Of a DNA stretch of 11,067 bases, positions 1 through 6,518 are shown one piece after another. Source of the DNA: a candidate division WOR-3 bacterium. GTDB taxonomy: Bacteria > Hydrothermota > Tepidihabitantia > Tepidihabitantales > CAIPLT01. Location of the stretch: NCBI GenBank assembly GCA_965649215.1, contig CBFGJZ010000011.1, positions 1 through 11,067 on the forward strand, in the 5' to 3' direction. Both the position numbers and the translations under genes were made by a program. Position 1 is the stretch's first letter. Every line of letters begins with the position of its first letter. Under the pieces are notes generated by a model, which saw only the letters and a program-made list of their open reading frames with translations, did not search any database and was not told the origin of the DNA.

Positions 1-123
1 AGGAATATTTTCAACACATTCTACTACTACTACTGGTCCTTTATTAAAGCGTTTTGGGGAAGGTAATAATTTTGCTTTTTTTAAGTCATTTTCGCTAATA
101 ACACCTGTTTTTTGATACGACAT
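1..123 (-). CDS. Partial (N-terminal 41 aa) probable 4Fe-4S dicluster/ferredoxin-like protein; runs off the left edge
   Basis: Not in the ORF track. Manual translation from ATG at 123: MSYQKTGVISENDLKKAKLLPSPKRFNKGPVVVVECVENIP. 'GPVVVVECVENIP' resembles the N-terminus that precedes CNPC in a family of Fe-S proteins. A sigma70-type promoter lies directly upstream. The remaining cysteines would be outside the window. Confidence 0.65.
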   Translation of the reverse strand, partial: MSYQKTGVISENDLKKAKLLPSPKRFNKGPVVVVECVENIP

Positions 124-135
124 AATATAAATTGA

Positions 136-164
136 ATAATAATTAGAAAATTTTTATATGTCAA
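136..164 (-). promoter_or_regulatory. Sigma70-type promoter for the Fe-S protein gene
   Basis: Minus strand TTGACA (164-159), 17 nt, TATTAT (141-136); 12 nt separate the -10 from the ATG at 123. Confidence 0.65.
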
Positions 165-238
165 TATGAAATCTGATGTTATTTAATAATAGCAGTGTAT
201 AGCTTAATTAAGATCAGACTTTGTTACGGCATAAAATA

Positions 239-266
239 TTGACGCAATAGCTAATCATAATATACT
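239..266 (+). promoter_or_regulatory. Sigma70-type promoter for nfo (probably leaderless)
   Basis: TTGACG (239-244), 16 nt, TATACT (261-266); only 5 nt to the ATG at 272; no Shine-Dalgarno. Confidence 0.65.
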
Positions 267-271
267 GTTAT

Positions 272-1120
272 ATGCGTTTTGGATTTCACATCTCTATCGC
301 TGGTGGTTTTAGCAAAGTAGTTGAAAGAGCATTACAAAAAGAGTGTCAAACTATACAATTATTTTCTCGTAACCCGCGAGGTTGGTATTATAACAAACTA
401 GACCGAAAAGACTGCGAAAATTTTCAAAGAGAGATTCAAAAATATGATATTAGCCCAATATTTGTTCATATGCCATACTTGCCGAATTTAGCAACGGACA
501 ACAAAGATATTTATCAAAAATCTTTTAATTCTTTGCTTACCGAATTAGAAAGATGTGATTTATTGGGGGCGCACTTTTTGATAATGCATATTGGTAAAAG
601 AATGGGCAATAGTGAAAAAAATGCAATTTCACAAGTCAGCATGAGTATTAATAAAGCATTTGAAAAAGTTAAAAATAATGTAATTTTACTTTTAGAAAAT
701 ACCGCAGGAATGGGTAGTGAAATTGGTTATAATTTAGACCAGATTTCTGAAATATTTAAAAATATTAAAGCAAAAGAACGATTGGGGATAGTAATTGATA
801 CCGCTCATATTTTTGAAGCGGGTTATCCAATTCATACGAAACAAGGATTGGATCAGATGCTTAAAGAATTTGATAGTTTGATTGGTTTAAAATATTTATA
901 TCTTTTACACCTTAATGATTCAAAATCTGATTTAGCTTCAAAACTTGATCGCCATTGGCATATTGGCGAGGGTAAAATCGGTCTGGAAGGTATGAAGCGA
1001 ATAATAAATCACGGTCTGTTAAAACATCTACCGATGATTATGGAGACACCGAAAAAAGATGAAAAAGACGATTTGAAAAATATGCGGGTTGTAAAAAGTT
1101 TAGCAATTTTATATAAATAA
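272..1120 (+). CDS. nfo: Endonuclease IV (AP endonuclease family 2)
   Basis: Motifs GFHISIAGG, QLFSRNPRGW, VHMPYLPNLA, LLENTAG, IDTAH, HLNDSK, DRHWHIGEG, IMETP (trinuclear Zn ligands); 282 aa is typical. Confidence 0.95.
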   Translation: MRFGFHISIAGGFSKVVERALQKECQTIQLFSRNPRGWYYNKLDRKDCENFQREIQKYDISPIFVHMPYLPNLATDNKDIYQKSFNSLLTELERCDLLGAHFLIMHIGKRMGNSEKNAISQVSMSINKAFEKVKNNVILLLENTAGMGSEIGYNLDQISEIFKNIKAKERLGIVIDTAHIFEAGYPIHTKQGLDQMLKEFDSLIGLKYLYLLHLNDSKSDLASKLDRHWHIGEGKIGLEGMKRIINHGLLKHLPMIMETPKKDEKDDLKNMRVVKSLAILYK

Positions 1121-1159
1121 TTTCAGATTATATCCTTTTTAAAAAATTAACAGTAAGTT

Positions 1160-1206
1160 ATTAAGAGGTAAAATTATTTAATATATAAATTTATTTCCTC
1201 TATTAA
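1160..1206. terminator. Imperfect AT-rich inverted repeat between convergent nfo and tsaB; possible bidirectional terminator
   Basis: TTAAGAGGTAAAATTATTTA ... TAAATTTATTTCCTCTATTAA pairs imperfectly around a GAGG/CCTC core; the stem is weak. Confidence 0.25.
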
Positions 1207-1219
1207 TATCTTTTCTTTA

Positions 1220-1891
1220 TTAAACATTTCTGATATAAAATGGAACTAATGATTTTGTATCGGAAATATCATTTTTAGTAATACATTTTAAAGCGTTAAA
1301 GGCTACGGCATGTGGTTGGGGATAATGGTATTGGCAAATTTGAAATTGTTGTGGAGAATTATTTTTAATAATATCATAATGATTATAAATACCACTGCCA
1401 ATTAAGAATGCATCTTTTGGAATAAGTTGTAAAAACTCATTAATTTTAACAACTTTCTTTTCACTAATTGGATTAATTCCTTGAAATATTTGATAATATA
1501 ATTCTTGTCTTCGAATATCGATTACAGGTATGATTATGCGTTGTTCATTAATTATTTGAGGAGGAACTGAAAACGCTAAAGCACTTAACGAATCAAAACC
1601 TTTAATAGGAATTTTATTTTTTAGGGACAACCCTTTGGCACAAGCGAGCCCAACCCGTAGCGAGGTAAACATACCAGGACCAATAACAACACCAATACCT
1701 GCAAGCGAATCGATATTTAATTTCAATGATTCAAATGCTTCTTTTAGAAAACCAAATATTACTTCGTTCTGATGAGATTCTCGGTATTCGATTTTTTCAT
1801 AGAGAATATCTCTCTCTTTAATCAAAGCAATGCCGGTTTCTCGTTCCGTAGTGGTAATACCAAGATAGATTGCAGTGGGGGAGTTTAACAT
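1220..1891 (-). CDS. tsaB: tRNA threonylcarbamoyladenosine (t6A) biosynthesis protein TsaB (YeaZ)
   Basis: GPGMFTSLRVG (cf. GPGSFTGLRIG), AKGL, IDIRRQELY (cf. DARRGEVY), C-terminal PFYIR. The track starts at TTG 1900; ATG at 1891 (MLNSPT) is the likelier start. Confidence 0.9.
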   Translation of the reverse strand: MLNSPTAIYLGITTTERETGIALIKERDILYEKIEYRESHQNEVIFGFLKEAFESLKLNIDSLAGIGVVIGPGMFTSLRVGLACAKGLSLKNKIPIKGFDSLSALAFSVPPQIINEQRIIIPVIDIRRQELYYQIFQGINPISEKKVVKINEFLQLIPKDAFLIGSGIYNHYDIIKNNSPQQFQICQYHYPQPHAVAFNALKCITKNDISDTKSLVPFYIRNV

Positions 1892-1908
1892 ACAAAACAA
1901 AAATAAAA

Positions 1909-2400
1909 TTAGGTTACGACACCATCAATTTCATCGAGATTTTCATAATTATCCGATGCTCGAATTAATTCGACTGAAGTATAACCACGCCCAAGACCAA
2001 TCACAGTGATGCGCCGACCGCGTTTTGATAACCAATCGACTAATGCCACAAAATCACCGTCGCCGGTAATGAGAATGATGTGTTCTAAATAATCTGCCAT
2101 CGATAAGACTTCAAGCGTAATTTCAATATCCATATTAGCTTTAATTGAACCGTCAACTCGTTCTCGAACGGGTTTGGCAACAACGCGATAGCCGAGAAAT
2201 GACAAAGCGTCAATAAGTCTTTGCCGTCGTTCATCATCTCTTTTAAAGGGCACAAAGGCAATAAATTTATAATCGGCTTCTTCGCCTTTATTTTTTATGA
2301 TTATACTTCGTCGTAAGATATCATAGCGGACTTCTTTACCTTGACGTTCAAATGTTTCTTGGACATTTTGAATATCGATGAAGACACCAACTTTAATCAT
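1909..2400 (-). CDS. NYN-domain protein (LabA/DUF88, PIN-like fold), putative nuclease
   Basis: Acidic motifs FIDIQN, KANMDIEI, ITGDGDF and SVELIRASD; AGGAG ribosome-binding site upstream; start overlaps the coaX stop by 8 nt. Confidence 0.85.
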   Translation of the reverse strand: MIKVGVFIDIQNVQETFERQGKEVRYDILRRSIIIKNKGEEADYKFIAFVPFKRDDERRQRLIDALSFLGYRVVAKPVRERVDGSIKANMDIEITLEVLSMADYLEHIILITGDGDFVALVDWLSKRGRRITVIGLGRGYTSVELIRASDNYENLDEIDGVVT

Positions 2401-3154
2401 ATTTGACTCCTTTATTTTTTTGATAAATTATAGCTAATCCTTTTAAAGTAAGATTAGCATCATATTTATGAAAGTATCTTTTTAATTGCGGTAAAATTTT
2501 CAAGGCGCGACCTGTCGCAATTAAGAATAAATTACTTTTTAATGTTTTTTCGGTTTCGTTAATAACCTTTTCAATTAAGCCAACCAGGAGATAATATAAA
2601 CCAGACTTAATGGCTTGATAAGTATTTTTTTCATCAGGACGAAAGGGACTTAAAAATTTAATTGACTTAATTAAATGGTTAGGAAAGGATTGTAAGAGTG
2701 AGTTAATACCTGGGGTAATTAAACCACCTAAAAATTCACCTTGTTTTGAAACGATATTAAAAGTAGTGGCGGTACCAAAATCAATGACTAAACAATTTTT
2801 CTGAAACAGATTAAAAGCAGCAACACAAGCAGCAAGACGATCGGTGCCTAAAGATTTTTTAGGGTGATAGTTGATTTTTAATCCACAATTATAATTTGGC
2901 TTTATAAAAATAAGTCGTGGCAGTGATTTTATAATTTTAAGAAATTGGTGGTTATGTTGTATAGAAGTTTCACCGTATGCATCGCTGACGATAACACCGT
3001 CCGCATTAGAATGCTTTGTGATAAATTTAAGAAAATCTTTATTGAGAGGTGGTTTAGCATCAAAAATTTTAGTTTCAATCAGCCTTGGTTGTGGTTGATT
3101 AGTAAAAATGCCACAGTGGATATTTGAATTCCCCACATCAATTGCTATAAACAT
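2393..3154 (-). CDS. coaX: Type III pantothenate kinase
   Basis: IAIDVGNSN, LGTDRLA, VIDFGTATT, GGLITPG, NTYQAIKSG, IATG, LTLKGL. Confidence 0.92.
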   Translation of the reverse strand: MFIAIDVGNSNIHCGIFTNQPQPRLIETKIFDAKPPLNKDFLKFITKHSNADGVIVSDAYGETSIQHNHQFLKIIKSLPRLIFIKPNYNCGLKINYHPKKSLGTDRLAACVAAFNLFQKNCLVIDFGTATTFNIVSKQGEFLGGLITPGINSLLQSFPNHLIKSIKFLSPFRPDEKNTYQAIKSGLYYLLVGLIEKVINETEKTLKSNLFLIATGRALKILPQLKRYFHKYDANLTLKGLAIIYQKNKGVKYD

Positions 3155-3160
3155 ATAAAT

Positions 3161-3166
3161 ATTATG
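3161..3166 (-). promoter_or_regulatory. Possible -10 element for a leaderless coaX transcript
   Basis: Minus strand CATAAT followed by 6 nt and the ATG at 3154; no good -35 and no Shine-Dalgarno. Confidence 0.3.
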
Positions 3167-3175
3167 ATATAAATA

Positions 3176-4843
3176 CTATTTTAATTTAATAATTTTTTTA
3201 GTAAAAATTCGATCTGCTTGCTTAATTTTTACAAAATAAATGCCTTTTGCGACCTTTTGATTGTATTCATTTTCTCCAAACCAAATATAAGGAGCAACTG
3301 ATAGTTGTTTAATAAACATGCCTGATGCATTATATATCTCAACTATCGCATTGTCAATTGTAATATTGAATTGTATTTGCGAGATGAACGGATTTTCAGA
3401 AGTTGTAAAATATTCAGATTCTGGCTTTGCAGGGAGTTCGGTAATTGCAAATTGAGTAGTATTGAAAAAAAGGTAATTACCAGCAGTACGAGTCCAATTG
3501 GTAACTGCTAAATCAGGATAGGGAGAATAGAGATAGGAACAGATAATTGTTTCATTTGTTTGAGGAGGGTTTGCAATGACAAACCAACTAGTAAGTGGGT
3601 CATAACAATAATCCATTACGGCAATGCTATCGTTATTTTTTATAATACTTATTATTTTATGAATTGGTGATTTGCTTAGATAAAACAGTTTTCTAAAATT
3701 ATTATTGATAAATGTATCAGTTTGTATGCTTTGATAATTATTTCTCACGGCACCACCGATAAGTGCTTCAGCAACTAATAGGCTAACATTCGAATAAGTC
3801 CAAGCCGGAACAGTGTCTAATTGACCATTATGATTTTCATAGACTACCAGAGTTTCCCACCACCCACCACCTGCTAAATCAAGGTATTTATCATTATTAA
3901 AATCAATCCAAGCAATACAAGAATTGTATTGAGTGTTTCGTTTTAAGGTGTATGTTGCTTGTTGATTGATTTGACCTTGATTGTTAGTGAATACTTTTAT
4001 ATAACTAGAGTCGCCACTAAGTTGACCATTGCCGGCTATTGCAATATCTAACCAACCATCTTTATTATAATCCGCAGTCGCAATTCTTAAAATCCAAGTA
4101 GTGATTGTTATGCTAAAGCTCGCAGTAGTTTCAAGGATACCATTATGATTGTAAAAAATAGCTAATTTTCTACGATAACCTACAATTAAATCCAAATATC
4201 CATCGTTGTTTAAATCAGCGAATCGGATGGCATCAGACGGTGTGGAATCACTACTGGTCCAATATGGTAAAGATTCAAAAATTCCGTTATTGTTACGATA
4301 AATTTTAGCAGGTGATTTTCGATTTGTATATGCATCACCTGCCGTGACCGCTAAATCAAGATCGCCATCTAAATCGACATCGCCAAAAGCACAATCAAAA
4401 GACGAATCAGTATCTTGAGAGATCCACGTTGGCAAGGTTGATAGTCCATTACCTGTATTATAATAAATACGGGTTTTACAATCCCCTTGAGGACCTAAAT
4501 ATGCAACTGCCATATCAAAATGACCATCGTTATTAACATCACCGAGATAGAGATGGCCAAACATACCTGAATCAAGTGAACGCCACGAAGCTTGCATTTC
4601 CAAAATTCCATTATTGTTATAGTAAATGGCTTGTTTGTTCATTGCCATGTCATTTCCATTAGACGTACAAAAGTCAAGAAAACCATCATTATTAAGATCA
4701 GCAAAACCGCCGCCTGTTGAATAGTCATTATCATTCGAAGTCCAAGAAGGGGTGTTTGTTAAAGGAATTAATGAATATAATGAACTAGTTATTGCCAAAG
4801 TCACAAATGTTGCAATTATTAGTGAATGATTATATTTACACAT
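3176..4843 (-). CDS. Secreted FG-GAP/VCBS-repeat beta-propeller protein with a C-terminal T9SS type-A sorting / FlgD-Ig-like domain
   Basis: Hydrophobic N-terminal signal peptide; repeats ADLNNDGFLD, GDVNNDGHFD, GDVDLDGDLDL, ADLNNDGYLDL, ADYNKDGWLDI, IDFNNDKYLDL; C-terminus NPF...IVEIYNASG...W.GENEYNQKVAKGIYFVKI...KKIIKLK. Confidence 0.85.
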   Translation of the reverse strand: MCKYNHSLIIATFVTLAITSSLYSLIPLTNTPSWTSNDNDYSTGGGFADLNNDGFLDFCTSNGNDMAMNKQAIYYNNNGILEMQASWRSLDSGMFGHLYLGDVNNDGHFDMAVAYLGPQGDCKTRIYYNTGNGLSTLPTWISQDTDSSFDCAFGDVDLDGDLDLAVTAGDAYTNRKSPAKIYRNNNGIFESLPYWTSSDSTPSDAIRFADLNNDGYLDLIVGYRRKLAIFYNHNGILETTASFSITITTWILRIATADYNKDGWLDIAIAGNGQLSGDSSYIKVFTNNQGQINQQATYTLKRNTQYNSCIAWIDFNNDKYLDLAGGGWWETLVVYENHNGQLDTVPAWTYSNVSLLVAEALIGGAVRNNYQSIQTDTFINNNFRKLFYLSKSPIHKIISIIKNNDSIAVMDYCYDPLTSWFVIANPPQTNETIICSYLYSPYPDLAVTNWTRTAGNYLFFNTTQFAITELPAKPESEYFTTSENPFISQIQFNITIDNAIVEIYNASGMFIKQLSVAPYIWFGENEYNQKVAKGIYFVKIKQADRIFTKKIIKLK

Positions 4844-4864
4844 AGCACTTATAGTTTAAATATG

Positions 4865-4893
4865 AGTATAGAATAATAACTTGAAATCGTCAA
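4865..4893 (-). promoter_or_regulatory. Sigma70-type promoter for the FG-GAP gene/operon
   Basis: Minus strand TTGACG (4893-4888), 17 nt, TATACT (4870-4865). Confidence 0.7.
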
Positions 4894-4943
4894 TAAAAAC
4901 AAGTATTGCGATTATACTTTAACCACTCTAAACCGCTCAACCT

Positions 4944-4965
4944 ATTTCTATTTATAAATAGAAAT
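4944..4965. repeat. Perfect 22-bp palindrome
   Basis: ATTTCTATTTA|TAAATAGAAAT read directly. Confidence 0.9.
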
Positions 4966-4977
4966 TTCTTCAACTGA

Positions 4978-5005
4978 TTTATTATTTAACTTGTTGAATA
5001 ATAAA
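4978..5005. repeat. Near-perfect 13-2-13 inverted repeat
   Basis: TTTATTATTTAAC-TT-GTTGAATAATAAA, one T/G mismatch. Confidence 0.85.
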
Positions 5006-5258
5006 ATGATATAATAAAAACGACTGCTTAAAGGGGTATAATCCACTAATCCATCACTTTTTAGATTAAAGATTTGATGTTTTTGAGTTCGTATGACTAT
5101 TTTTATGGGGGATTTTATTTATTAATTTTCTTAGTATGTAATAATATGACTATTAACGTTAATTATTTTTAATAATGAACAAGATTTGATACTTAGAAGG
5201 TTATTGATACTTTACTTTGATGATGTGGTTTAAATAGGTATGATAAGACTAATTGCTG

Positions 5259-5277
5259 TAACAGAAAGTTTCTGTTA
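5259..5277. repeat. Perfect 9-1-9 inverted repeat upstream of the dnaN promoter
   Basis: TAACAGAAA-G-TTTCTGTTA read directly. Confidence 0.85.
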
Positions 5278-5330
5278 ATTAAATGTTATTTATCGAGATT
5301 AAACCTGGTTGAAGTGGATCATATTTACTC

Positions 5331-5375
5331 TTGACTTTTTTGGTTCTGTTAAGTAATATGATGAAATAACGGAGG
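5331..5375 (+). promoter_or_regulatory. dnaN promoter and ribosome-binding site
   Basis: TTGACT (5331-5336), 17 nt, TAATAT (5354-5359); GGAGG at 5371-5375 before the ATG at 5380. Confidence 0.7.
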
Positions 5376-5379
5376 CGCT

Positions 5380-6474
5380 ATGTATTGTGTAATTAAGAGA
5401 AGTGAGTTTGTTGAACATTTGGTTAGTGTTGTGAATATTCTAATGTCTAAAACAACTTATCCAATTCTGCAAAATGTTTTATTAGAACTTAATGATAAAA
5501 ATTTAATAATTCATGCTACTGATTTAGATTCCTATGTAGAAAAGGTAATAAAAGTTGAAGGTAAAACTAAAGCTGGTAAGATTATTGTACCTGGTAAAAA
5601 GTTATTAGACGCATTAAGGGAACTGACAGTTGATGATTTAACACTGTCAGTAAAAGACAATAAAGTTTTTTTAGAAACAGAAGGCAGTACTTCAATTTTT
5701 ACAACTCTAGATCCGTCGGAGTATCCTGAGACGCCGGAGATTCCCAAGGAAAATAAAATTGAATATCCACAAGTTTTATTAGAAGAATGTTTTGAATATA
5801 CTGGTTTTGCAGTAGGCAAAGAGCAGTCTCGGCCCGCAATGTGTGGCGTATTCTTAAAAATCAATAAAAATGAAACTCAAATGGTTGCAACGGATGGGTA
5901 TCGTCTTGCTTATGTTAAAGTTAAAGGTAAATTTGATAATAGTTTAGAAGCAATCATTGCGCCAAAGATTTTTAATTTATTTCCCAAAGGTGAAGATAAA
6001 ATTATAATTACTGCTGATAATGCTAAAATTGGATTTAGATTTGCCAATACAACGATCGTTTCGAGATTAATTGAAGGTCCCTACCCTGATTATCAACGAA
6101 TTATGCCCAACAAATTTGAAGCTCAACTACAAGTTAAAACCGATGAGTTTATTGCCGCTTTACGTCGAGCTGCAGTTTTTGCCCATCCAGTTGGTCGGTT
6201 AGTGGCTTTGCATCTATCAAGTAAAGAAACATCAGTATTTGCAGAAACTGCTGATTTGGGACAAACAACTCAATATTTTCAAGGAAAATATAAAGGAGAT
6301 GACTTAAAAATTGGTTTTAATGTTAATTTTTTATTGGAGATTTTACACGCCATAAAAACTGAGGAGGTGCTATTGGAATTTATTAATCCATTAGCAGCAG
6401 GAGTTATCAAACCAATTAACGATATAAAAGAGATAGAACGTTTATATTTACTAATGCCAATTCGTTTAGATTAA
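5380..6474 (+). CDS. dnaN: DNA polymerase III beta subunit (sliding clamp)
   Basis: TTYPILQNVLL, ATDLD, SRPAMCGV, VATDGYRL, SRLIEGPYPDY, IGFNVNFL, LLMPIRL; 364 aa. Confidence 0.96.
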   Translation: MYCVIKRSEFVEHLVSVVNILMSKTTYPILQNVLLELNDKNLIIHATDLDSYVEKVIKVEGKTKAGKIIVPGKKLLDALRELTVDDLTLSVKDNKVFLETEGSTSIFTTLDPSEYPETPEIPKENKIEYPQVLLEECFEYTGFAVGKEQSRPAMCGVFLKINKNETQMVATDGYRLAYVKVKGKFDNSLEAIIAPKIFNLFPKGEDKIIITADNAKIGFRFANTTIVSRLIEGPYPDYQRIMPNKFEAQLQVKTDEFIAALRRAAVFAHPVGRLVALHLSSKETSVFAETADLGQTTQYFQGKYKGDDLKIGFNVNFLLEILHAIKTEEVLLEFINPLAAGVIKPINDIKEIERLYLLMPIRLD

Positions 6475-6518
6475 AGAAACTACTAAAGAAAAGAAAATAT
6501 TAAGAGCGATTTAATTAA

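Larger units (their letters stand above)
4894..5330. other. Candidate replication origin (oriC-like non-coding region upstream of dnaN)
   Basis: No long ORF; four 7/9 matches to the DnaA box TTATCCACA; AT-rich core at about 5112-5176; local G/C skew reversal near 5060; flanking genes mostly diverge from it. No perfect DnaA box and no adjacent dnaA. Confidence 0.45.

Noticed and set aside
21..34. CTACTACTACTACT trinucleotide repeat resembling DnaA-trios or a microsatellite
   Set aside because: Encodes Val-Val-Val-Val (GTA x4) in the minus-strand CDS; no adjacent DnaA box.
2945..3127. 60-aa plus-strand ORF
   Set aside because: Antisense shadow inside coaX; no recognisable motif or initiation signal.
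5037..5042. Perfect TATAAT as an extra promoter
   Set aside because: No -35 at 16-18 nt and no extended -10 TG; expected by chance in AT-rich DNA.
4894..5330. CRISPR array, tRNA, riboswitch or small ORF in the long gap
   Set aside because: No regularly spaced 23-47-nt repeats, no cloverleaf or GC-rich stems, no ORF in the track, and the ATG at 5006 closes after two codons. A structured ncRNA cannot be fully excluded without an Rfam search.
5532..5864. 110-aa minus-strand ORF
   Set aside because: Antisense to dnaN, with the Ser/Leu-rich composition typical of shadow frames.
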